A DNA stretch of 63,393 nucleotides, filler included, from Stramenopiles sp. TOSAG23-2 (lineage: Eukaryota): the NCBI GenBank assembly GCA_900128395.1. It is 3 parts of 3 records of this genome, joined end to end, with 100 filler letters (N's around TTAATTAATTAA, not from the genome) between each part and the next. Parts side by side here need not be neighbours in the genome. Positions count along the whole stretch, not along the records: positions 42,412 to 63,393 come from LT649545.1; 2 more parts are not named here. One strand, 5' to 3'. The notes under the pieces were generated by a model, which was not told where the DNA came from, did not search any database, and was given only the letters and a program-made list of their open reading frames with translations. Shown here piece after piece: positions 45,172 to 54,657 of the stretch; position 1 is the stretch's first letter, and every line of letters starts with the position of its first letter. The translations under genes and the position numbers were made by a program.

Positions 45172-45577
45172 TCTGTGAAGCGTTATGAAGAGGGCTATTA
45201 TTAAGGCTATACATTTAATTCTCTTACGTACTTACCAGTACGCATGTACGCATTAAGTTAAAATATAATTTATAATGTACAACACGTATTATATATGTAT
45301 TATATATGTCTACATTTATATACATATATTACATATACATTAGGTCCCGAATGACATTAGCCGTACCATTATATAATGGGATAAAAAAGGCCTTCATCCC
45401 ACTAATAGGATAGTTAGGATAAGGGTATATTAGTGTAATATATTATGCAACAATTATTATTATCCTCCTCATTATCATATATTCTATATAGAAAGAAGAT
45501 GGATAGATCTATAGAAGATCACGCACACATACCAATCCATCTATATCATATAGTTTGATATATTTGACGACAACATC

Positions 45578-46927
45578 ATGACGGAATTAGTACATAACAA
45601 TAACAGCAATCGTCATCAAAACAAAGCAGCCAATAATAATAATGATGATACCGTAATAACACCACCACCACCAAAATTATTTACATATAATGATTTACCG
45701 TTAGCAGCACACCAAAATTTAAAAGAACAGTTTAAAGCACATGATAAATCTACTGGTAGGCTATTGACATTTTTAAAATCATACAATGAGATCAACCGTG
45801 CATATGCACAATCCCTGAAGCGTTTGGCAACATCAAATTTATCCCTAGAGGAGCAAGAGGATAATCAAAACGTTCGTGGTATGTATAGTCGATTAAGAGC
45901 ACTTATAAAAAATGAATCAGTACAAGTATTAAATTTAGTTGATGCTATGAATATTGATGTTATACAACCTGTAAAAAAAATGAAAGAAAAAAATGGTAAC
46001 CAACATGATAGTGCAATAACAGAAATCAATAAATTACTAAATGCTCTTGAAAAAGATAAAAGATCATATTTATCAAATGCACGAAAAACAGAAAAAGCAA
46101 TTGATGCAAGAAAAATGGCAATAATAAAGCAAGTTGACACGGAGAGAAAAATGGATCAACAAGAACAAAGATTACATTTACAAAAAGTTCAACAACAAAA
46201 AAAATTATTAAAACAATTACAATCACAACAGAAATTAAGTGGTGTTGGTAATAATAATAATAATAATTATCGTAATGACGATGAAGTAGACAAAGAGGGG
46301 GGTGGAGAAAGGGGTGAAGAGAATGGTAAAGATGATGATAATGGTAGTAATAGTAATAATAATAATACGAAAGAAGTATCATCAACATCATTTTCTACAA
46401 TACAACCACCAAGACGACAACGTCGAGGAACTGTCACAACTGCAAAGATAGAAGAAGAAGATAAAGCAAATAAGAAAAATAAGAATAAGACATGGTCCTT
46501 ACCACCATGGATGAGAAATAAACATATTGTATTATCAGAAGATGAGGTAAATCGATTAAAAAAAGAAACAGAGTTATTAAAGATAGAATTAAACAGTAAA
46601 GCAAATGCTGCAACGCAAACTGCTAGAAGTTTTTATATGATATGGCAAGCATCGGAACGACGTAGAGTTTTTACTGTAAATAATAGTATGAAAAAAGCAT
46701 GTATAATTGGTGTATCTCGTCTAGCAAATACCACATATGATATGAATCAATTATGTAAAGCATTGGAAGATATTGAATTCGGTACAGAGGAAAAGGAAAG
46801 TAATAATGATACAACGAGTATGAAAGTATCGTCAAATGGTTCAACGAAGGAAAGAACAAAGAGTTTACATAAATTAATGGATGCATATTTTCATGATTTT
46901 GTTAAAGAATTTGTAACACAACAATGA
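45578..46927 (+). CDS. FCH/F-BAR-like coiled-coil protein
   Basis: LLTFLKSYNEINRAYAQSLKRLA resembles the FCH helix; followed by DVIQPVKKM and coiled coil, with QASERRR near the C-terminus. Confidence 0.6.
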   Translation: MTELVHNNNSNRHQNKAANNNNDDTVITPPPPKLFTYNDLPLAAHQNLKEQFKAHDKSTGRLLTFLKSYNEINRAYAQSLKRLATSNLSLEEQEDNQNVRGMYSRLRALIKNESVQVLNLVDAMNIDVIQPVKKMKEKNGNQHDSAITEINKLLNALEKDKRSYLSNARKTEKAIDARKMAIIKQVDTERKMDQQEQRLHLQKVQQQKKLLKQLQSQQKLSGVGNNNNNNYRNDDEVDKEGGGERGEENGKDDDNGSNSNNNNTKEVSSTSFSTIQPPRRQRRGTVTTAKIEEEDKANKKNKNKTWSLPPWMRNKHIVLSEDEVNRLKKETELLKIELNSKANAATQTARSFYMIWQASERRRVFTVNNSMKKACIIGVSRLANTTYDMNQLCKALEDIEFGTEEKESNNDTTSMKVSSNGSTKERTKSLHKLMDAYFHDFVKEFVTQQ

Positions 46928-47246
46928 TTGAAATTAGAATTATCATAATATATTTAATTAATGCATTTAATTTATTTTTTAAATATATAAATTAATTATC
47001 ATAATATATCATAACATGATGGTTAAAATCTAAAAGTTAATACGAAGTATAAAATATAGTGTTTTACTCCCCGTGGTATATAATATAAAAAGTATACTGT
47101 CGTACGTCGTACATACATATATATACGTTCGTATGATATAGTGATATGAGGAAAATAATACGCCCTTCGTACGTACTTCGTTAAATAATTTTTATATCTG
47201 CATCTCTCCCGTAAATACTCCACTCGCACTCTCCTCCTGCTGTGTT

Positions 47247-48170
47247 TTATTTTTTAGAATTCATCATCGGCTTCATATCATCATCATCATATTCATTATT
47301 ATTACGACAAAGTGATGATGATAACAAATTATTAACATTATTATATTCAACGATTTTTACATGATGTGGGCTTAAACTACCACGTCGATTATTATTTTTA
47401 TCTTCCATATCAGCAATCTTTTCACTATTATTATTATTAGTGTCAGAATAATCTTTATAATATTCTTTCCATTTTCGATGCATTAATTTATAAAATTTCT
47501 TATAACTAGCTGATGCTAATAACATATTTATTGTTTTACTCATACCAGAAACTGTTTTTGCTTGTACTAATGTGGCATAAAAATCTTTATAATCTATATT
47601 TTCTTCTTCACAAAATTGATATAAATGTGTCTCTATAAGTGATTCATATTCTTTATGAATTTCAGTTGCCAATATAAAATGTTCTTCTTTATATGGTGTG
47701 GAAAAATGTATAGCTTTTTCTTTAATCCAATCTTTTAAACCACCTTCTTCATTTGGTGTAACAATTTTAGAATAAATATAACTAACTGCTTTATATAATA
47801 TTTGACGATCCAATGTCATCTTGACTTTTCCCGACGGTGAAACAACAACTTTTTGTTGTTCAATAAGAATACTATTTGTTGTTTTCATGCCAACTTGTTC
47901 GTTTTCATAATCTATTCTTCTATTGTTTATATCATTTATATCTATTGATTTCGGTTTTTTATTGATTCGAGTATTATTAGTATTAGTAGTAGTATCATCT
48001 GTATATTTACCCTCTTGAAAATATTGTTTCGTATTATTGATATCATCATCTACTTCTTCTTTAAATGTTATATATTTACCTTCAGGTATTTTTGTTAAAT
48101 TGTTAATATCATCGTCTTCTGCATCATTATCGCATTTTGATGATTCGTTATTGTTGTTACTATTTTCCAT
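47247..48170 (-). CDS. BART (ARL2/3-binding) domain protein, CFAP36/ARL2BP-like
   Basis: First ATG at 48170; EEHFILATEIHKEYESLIETHLYQFCEEENI...SYKKFYKLM fits the BART consensus (EExxLxYTxIHxEYxxLVE...DFxxFxxMM). Confidence 0.75.
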   Translation of the reverse strand: MENSNNNNESSKCDNDAEDDDINNLTKIPEGKYITFKEEVDDDINNTKQYFQEGKYTDDTTTNTNNTRINKKPKSIDINDINNRRIDYENEQVGMKTTNSILIEQQKVVVSPSGKVKMTLDRQILYKAVSYIYSKIVTPNEEGGLKDWIKEKAIHFSTPYKEEHFILATEIHKEYESLIETHLYQFCEEENIDYKDFYATLVQAKTVSGMSKTINMLLASASYKKFYKLMHRKWKEYYKDYSDTNNNNSEKIADMEDKNNNRRGSLSPHHVKIVEYNNVNNLLSSSLCRNNNEYDDDDMKPMMNSKK

Positions 48171-49025
48171 GTGAAAGGATATGGTTGATGGTAAAATGTG
48201 GTGTTCCACTTATTGAATTTGTTGAAAGGCTAAACGTAGAGTTGATAATTATAACTGGTGGTCCAGTCCAAATATCGCTGCCCTGATTAGCAGTATTATT
48301 AGCAATATGACTATTGAAAAATGATCTGAAAGTGGTGAAATATGTGAGCCAGTGAGGTGAGAGTTTTGTTTTGTTTATATATTTCGTTCTTTTGTTTGTC
48401 TTCCGAATGTATTGTTGTTTGTCTTTTACATGTGTTATATCTTAATCTATGTGAGTTACTAGCACACTACAAATAATAATAGTAAAAAAATAATATTTAA
48501 TTTTATTAAAAATTTTAAACTGAAAATTTCAAATGTCTTTTTTACTAAACATTTCATATATAACTTTAATATGACTATAAATAGCTTAATAATAAGATAT
48601 AAAATGTAAATATATTAAAAAAAGCTATTTTTAAAAAAATGCTTTTTAATTGTTTGAAATTATTATAAAGCTATTAATAATCATTAATAGGCTTATTTAA
48701 TTTTATAATGTTTAATAATTAATTTAAAGTTAAAACATTTAATTCCATTTTAATAACTTAATGGACAAACAAATCCTTATATTAACAATTAAAAATGATA
48801 ATAAAAACATTTGTAACGATAAAAATTGCAAAATGTTTATTTTTATAATTTTTTAAAAATTTATAATTATTATTGTTGGTGCATTCTGGCATTGCTGGAT
48901 TGAACATATATATTAGATACATAATTTTTAACTAACAAAACCCAAAACAATATTATATCAGGATACATATATATACACACACACACATACAAAACAAAAA
49001 AGAAACAAAGAAAATCTTGAATAGA

Positions 49026-50585
49026 ATGAGTTCTTCTTTATCCAAATCATCATCCTCTTCCTCCTCGTCGTCAAAAAACAACAATAACAACAACGACAAT
49101 ATTAAACCAACTAAAAACAATGATAATAATAAAAACAATAAATCAGCAACAACTACTACCAATACAAATTTCAAGGACAACAACAATAACAATCGACAAC
49201 GTAGTAGAACAAGTAATTCAATAACACGCCCATCCTCCATTAATTCCAATAAATCCTCTGCATCCTCGACGACGTCTAGGCCAACAACGACTACACCAAC
49301 GTATGCAGATTCTTCTGGATATCCATCCTCTGGTGATGAGTTACCAAATAATTGGCCTTTGCCACCATCTATTCATGGTCACCATCAACGTGCTTTTAAA
49401 AAACGTCGTAGAAATAATAATAATAATGGACGTGATGATGAAAGACATTATCAAATACACCATCATCATCACCACCATCACCATGTAGTAGCATCAGCAG
49501 GTCAATATCATAATAGAGGTACGATTTCACCAACGCCATTGAGTCCAATATCAAATAGTGGTAGTAGTATTAGTAGTGGTGGTGGAGGTGGTAGTGGTAG
49601 TTCAAACCATCACCATGTGAAAAGTTTAAGTGGGCATCGTTCCAATAATAATAATAATAATAAACCATTACCAAATCCACCACCACCAGCTATATTAGCA
49701 GTTGCAGTTGCGCAATTTAAAGATCGTGGAAGCGTATCGAAAAATACAACGATTATAATAGAACAAATACAAAAAGCGTCACAAAGCAATGCACAAGTTG
49801 TTGTCTTTCATGAAACTGCAACTACTGGTTATTTTGATAGTTTAATATTAAAAGCTGGACGTGAATTACGTGAATCAGAACGATTAATATGTGCTGCATG
49901 TAAAGCAAATAATATAGCATGTATTGTTGGTACACCACATTTCAGTGAACGGCATGGTATATTTCATAATACAATATTAGTAGTAGATGAGAAAGGCCGT
50001 TGTGTATGTCGTCAAAGTAAACGCCAATTGGTACCTACGGATGATTGGGCAACTCCAGGTTATGAAATTTTAGTATTTCGAATAGCTGGTGGTACACCAT
50101 GTTGTGCAATTATATGCCATGATGTACGTCATCCTGAATTAGTACGTTTACCTGTTTTGAAAGGTGCGCGCGTTGTCTTTTATTGCAGTTGGGAAACTTC
50201 GCATGATGATAAACCAATTGCGTTGGATAATGTGGAAGAATTAGCAGTATACCGAGCACAAGTACAAGCACGAGCTGTTGAAAATGGTGTTTGGCTAGTT
50301 CATTCAAATGCATGTGCTAATATTGAAGATAGAAATAAAGGATCGCATGGAATGAGTCGCATTGTGAATCCACATGGGAAAATTGTTAAGGAAGCAAATT
50401 GTACAGAGGAAACATTATTAATACATCGATTAGATATGAAATTAGCAAAAGCGAAATATGCATTAGAATCATTTCGTATATCATATGTATTAAGAGATTG
50501 GTATAAAAATGGCGCCACATATTCAAATGAACTTAGTATACCACCTGAATCTCCCAGATTAACACCAAGAAGTCCAAAGACATGA
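49026..50585 (+). CDS. Carbon-nitrogen hydrolase (nitrilase superfamily) with a low-complexity N-terminal extension
   Basis: First ATG at 49026; catalytic triad contexts VVFHE, SKRQL and IICHD; ARAVENGVW and GMSRIVNPHG. Confidence 0.88.
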   Translation: MSSSLSKSSSSSSSSSKNNNNNNDNIKPTKNNDNNKNNKSATTTTNTNFKDNNNNNRQRSRTSNSITRPSSINSNKSSASSTTSRPTTTTPTYADSSGYPSSGDELPNNWPLPPSIHGHHQRAFKKRRRNNNNNGRDDERHYQIHHHHHHHHHVVASAGQYHNRGTISPTPLSPISNSGSSISSGGGGGSGSSNHHHVKSLSGHRSNNNNNNKPLPNPPPPAILAVAVAQFKDRGSVSKNTTIIIEQIQKASQSNAQVVVFHETATTGYFDSLILKAGRELRESERLICAACKANNIACIVGTPHFSERHGIFHNTILVVDEKGRCVCRQSKRQLVPTDDWATPGYEILVFRIAGGTPCCAIICHDVRHPELVRLPVLKGARVVFYCSWETSHDDKPIALDNVEELAVYRAQVQARAVENGVWLVHSNACANIEDRNKGSHGMSRIVNPHGKIVKEANCTEETLLIHRLDMKLAKAKYALESFRISYVLRDWYKNGATYSNELSIPPESPRLTPRSPKT

Positions 50586-50821
50586 TGAGAGTAGTGTGGT
50601 TATGGTGGTGGTTGATTCAATTCAAACGCGTATAAGCGAGAGAGAGTACGTACGAATCACACATATATGTGTGTTTAGATACACTGGCCTATGTATCGTA
50701 CGAACGCGTACCGGTATATGTATATGATACGTAATAAATATAATATATACGTATTTTTTTTTATTTCTCAGATGTATACACGCACACGAATTTTTTTATA
50801 ATTTCTCTCTCCTTCCATATT

Positions 50822-51673
50822 TTATTCAATAATTTCACCATCTTCCTCTTCATCCATTATCATCTTATTATTATTAGTAGTGGTGGTAGTGGTAGTGGTA
50901 CTTCTTTTATTATTATTGCTACTACTACTACTACTACTCCCACCGTTATTATCACGATCGTGTTTTTTACCGGTAATTTTATTATCACGTCTTCCACCTT
51001 CTTTTTCATTATCATCGTCATCATCATCGTCATCATCATCATCGCCATTGTCTTTCACTATAAGTTTCATTTGCTTTTCAACATATTCTGATAAATTTAA
51101 TTGTTTTACTAATTTTTCGAATGTTGTAAAAAATGCTTTTGATTCTTTCAATACATTTGCTTTTTCTTTTGCTACATCTTTTTCTTCTTGTTTCATATCA
51201 GCACGTTTTTTTTCCATCGTTTCGATACTTGTCTCTAACTCTATGCGGGAGGTGTAGCTGTTGATTTCTTTACATTTCGCTTCCATTTGCATTTTTTCTT
51301 CTCGCCTTGCCCGTGCTTTAACTAATTCTTTTTTTAAATTTTCAATCTTTTTCTTTGTTTTCATCATATCATCCTCAATAGTTGATGTTAAATTTTTATA
51401 ACGAGCTTGTTCTGTCTGGCATGTTTCATATATACGATTTGCTTGTTGTGCATCGACTTGATGTTTGTATATTTCTTTTAACAATGTATGAAAATGTGTA
51501 GTTGCAGTATTTTCATCAATATTGGTTGCTAATACCGTGTTTTTCTTCTTATTATTATTTACTGCAATGGTATACTTAAATAATATATTCGCTAATGATT
51601 GTATGGAATGTTCCGATTTACTTAATACGGTCTCACGAGTTGCTAATCGCTTATTTTGTGTTATATTATTCAT
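50822..51673 (-). CDS. THOC7: THO complex subunit 7-like
   Basis: N-terminal KRLATRE, then EQARYKNLTSTIEDD...IENLKKELVKARARREEKMQMEAKCKEINSYTSR, which parallels the THOC7/Mft1 coiled-coil pattern; acidic tail. Confidence 0.65.
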   Translation of the reverse strand: MNNITQNKRLATRETVLSKSEHSIQSLANILFKYTIAVNNNKKKNTVLATNIDENTATTHFHTLLKEIYKHQVDAQQANRIYETCQTEQARYKNLTSTIEDDMMKTKKKIENLKKELVKARARREEKMQMEAKCKEINSYTSRIELETSIETMEKKRADMKQEEKDVAKEKANVLKESKAFFTTFEKLVKQLNLSEYVEKQMKLIVKDNGDDDDDDDDDDDNEKEGGRRDNKITGKKHDRDNNGGSSSSSSSNNNKRSTTTTTTTTNNNKMIMDEEEDGEIIE

Positions 51674-52125
51674 GTTAATATAATTGTTGTTGTTATTGTT
51701 ATATTTTCTTTATTGTTTCTCTTAATGATGGTCGTATACGTATGAATAACTATTAATTCATTTTTCTTCCATCTCTTTATTATAATTATTAGTCCCACTA
51801 ACTAATAAAAAAGGACGACTATTTATATTACCTGGTACCTAGGTATACTGGAAAGCTGGAAAGACTATAAATAGTGCTGGCTGGCGGCTGGCTCAGCTGG
51901 AGTGGAGTGCCAGACGACAGGAGTGCTTTCCATCAGGCTTTCTGGCTTAAATATATCCGGAAAATATAGAAAAAATGATTGAATATTTTCCTGTAGTAAA
52001 TAGTGTAAAATGTACGGTTTCGAGAGTATAATTTAGAATATAATAATATCCAAAGAGCGATGAGATTACTGTACATAGACACAGCACTGAATAATAGATT
52101 GCATTTTTTATTTGTTGTAGTTTGA

Positions 52126-52446
52126 CGTACGCAGTATGCTACCCTCTAAACCGTCCAAAACTGTGCACTAACAAATTAACACTATTCACTATAGGAAATA
52201 TGTATATATCGTTTTCTAAAATGCCAATTTTATTTTTCATATATTAATGTGCACTTAACAAATAACACTATTCACTATATAGGAAATATGTAAATATCGT
52301 TTTCTAAAATGCCAATTTTATTTTTCATATATTTGTGAAAAAATAGCAAATATCCGAAAATTTCGAAAAAATGATGAATATTTCCCCCATAGTGAATAGT
52401 GTTAAGTGCACAGTTTTGGACGGTTTAGAGGGTAGCACTGCGTACG
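52126..52446. mobile_element. MITE-like element, family C copy 1
   Basis: cgtacgcagt(at)gctaccctctaaaccgtccaaaactgtgcac ... gtgcacagttttggacggtttagagggtagcactgcgtacg inverted repeats; inner aacactattcactat/atagtgaatagtgtt pair; ~86-bp internal duplication. A degenerate fragment lies at ~51950-52015. Confidence 0.8.
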
Positions 52447-52700
52447 CACGCACGCACGAGCGGCGTGGTGACAACAAAAAAACAGCGCGAGCCATTTTGC
52501 AAAGCACCAAACAACACATTTTTTTTTATAATAATAAATAAATCTTGTATTATAAAAAAAAACTTGGAAAAATAATTCATTTTAAACATGCACACTAGCA
52601 AATGAACAAATCATCATCTGATATACACAATATTAACACCTTTTACGTTGTTGTAAATATTTTAATCAAAACTCCACTCTACAAACCCATTAATTCAACG

Positions 52701-54524
52701 ATGAGTTTACAGAGATACAAATTTTATATGCTTTTAAAATCTGTGTGGACAAAACCTTCTTATACTAATATTAAAATCAATAATAATATATTAAATAAGT
52801 ATTCAGCACAACAATATCGATGTTTATCAACCTTTAACAATGGCAACCATTATGAAAAGAACAATAATGTACTCAACTTTTCATCGTTTGCAAATACTAT
52901 GTTCGTTGCTGTAACAGGTGGTATTATATATCATCAAGTATTTGATAATGAAAATAATAATAATATTAATAATAATAATAATAAAATTACACGTGCTGAC
53001 GCAGCAGCAACTGATGATAATGATAATAATAATATACAAGAAGAAATAGAAAATTATATGCAACATATGAAAGAGAAACTTGAAGAAATTCGTGTGAATA
53101 CAAGGAAAAAATTGCATTTGTCTAAATCAGCAGAAAAGTTTCTTGAGCCTTACAGAACGGTACGAGTTAGTAGAGAATCTCCATATGTATCAAGTTTTGC
53201 AATTGTAAATGTATTTGATGTTCTTGCTTCTTTTAAATACAACAACATGAATCATCGTATAAGTGTTGTTGAAAAAGGTAGTAATGGTGACAATAATATC
53301 TTATATGAAGTTATTATTGATACGGACACTAGTTTTATCATTTTCAAGGATAAACATAGCGACACAATTCGTTTGCAAATATATACAGAACAGATACCAA
53401 ATGAACAACAAATCAATTTAATATTAAACGCTTACAATGCAGCATGGGGACCAGACACATTTTCCAACAATGGATGGGGTACTATATTTCAACAACAACA
53501 ACAAAGCTGGGGGAAAATATTATCACCATCGTCAAGAAGAAAATCAATGAAAGATATGTTTAATATTAATAATGATAACAACAACAATACTAATATAGAT
53601 GGAGTGAAAGAACAATTGAAAAGTATGGGAGTAACAGTATATAGCCATGATGATGATGATGATCCAAACAACAATAATAATAATTGGTCAGCATTAGCTG
53701 GTTATGAACATGTTAAGCGTGAAGTTGACGATACGGTATTACTTGCTTTGAAACATCCAGAGGAATATTTGAAAATTGCGAAAAAAACGAGAAAGAAATT
53801 TGAATCAAACCAACCTAAAGCAATACTCTTTGATGGCCCACCAGGTACAGGTAAAACTACCACTGCGCGTATTATTGCATCAGAAACCGATGTCCCTTTA
53901 GTTTATGTACCAATTGAATCGCTAATGAGTAAATGGTATGGAGAAGGCGAGAAAACATTGGCAAAAATATTTGATCTATGCGATACAATGGGTGATGCTA
54001 TTTTATTCATCGATGAAGTCGATGCATTGGCAACTAGTAGGAGTGACAAAGGTATGCATGAAGCAACTAGGAGACTATTATCTGTTCTTTTACGGAGGAT
54101 CGATGGATTTCAGAAAGCAGGTCGTAATACTTTGACTATATGCGCTACAAATAGAAAAGAAGATTTGGATTCAGCTCTCATAAGCCGTTTTGACTTGACC
54201 GTAAATTTTAACTTGCCTAATGTTAAGGAACGTTTTGCTATATTTAAAATGTATGCAAAGCAATTAAATGATAAGGATATTGGTGTATTAGCAAATTTAT
54301 CTACAAATATGGCAGGTCGTGATATTAAAGATGTATGCCTCCATGCAGAAAGAAAATTTGCATCATTAAAAATAAGAAAACAAATCTCAAATGAAGAAGA
54401 AGCACCTAATATCAACCATTATAAAGAAGCTTTGGTTACCCGTATTAATGGTAATAATATGATGTACGATAATATTGGTGGTAATAGTAATAGTAGTAGT
54501 AATAATAGTGGTGTAGAAATGTAA
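52701..54524 (+). CDS. AAA+ ATPase (classic clade), probably mitochondrion-targeted
   Basis: Walker A GPPGTGKT, pore loop SKWYGE, Walker B ILFIDEVD, SRH ATNRKEDLDSALISRF. Basic/hydroxylated N-terminus followed by a hydrophobic segment. An alternative upstream ATG exists at 52602. Confidence 0.9.
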   Translation: MSLQRYKFYMLLKSVWTKPSYTNIKINNNILNKYSAQQYRCLSTFNNGNHYEKNNNVLNFSSFANTMFVAVTGGIIYHQVFDNENNNNINNNNNKITRADAAATDDNDNNNIQEEIENYMQHMKEKLEEIRVNTRKKLHLSKSAEKFLEPYRTVRVSRESPYVSSFAIVNVFDVLASFKYNNMNHRISVVEKGSNGDNNILYEVIIDTDTSFIIFKDKHSDTIRLQIYTEQIPNEQQINLILNAYNAAWGPDTFSNNGWGTIFQQQQQSWGKILSPSSRRKSMKDMFNINNDNNNNTNIDGVKEQLKSMGVTVYSHDDDDDPNNNNNNWSALAGYEHVKREVDDTVLLALKHPEEYLKIAKKTRKKFESNQPKAILFDGPPGTGKTTTARIIASETDVPLVYVPIESLMSKWYGEGEKTLAKIFDLCDTMGDAILFIDEVDALATSRSDKGMHEATRRLLSVLLRRIDGFQKAGRNTLTICATNRKEDLDSALISRFDLTVNFNLPNVKERFAIFKMYAKQLNDKDIGVLANLSTNMAGRDIKDVCLHAERKFASLKIRKQISNEEEAPNINHYKEALVTRINGNNMMYDNIGGNSNSSSNNSGVEM

Positions 54525-54657
54525 AAAAGTAGAAGGGGGAGAGAGAGATCTTTTATTTTTTACCCGCACCCCTTTTATTTTTAAACGGTATTTATGATGT
54601 GTGATATCTCTATACTCTCTAATAAATTTATATTTACGAGAGAAGTAGTACGAAAAA

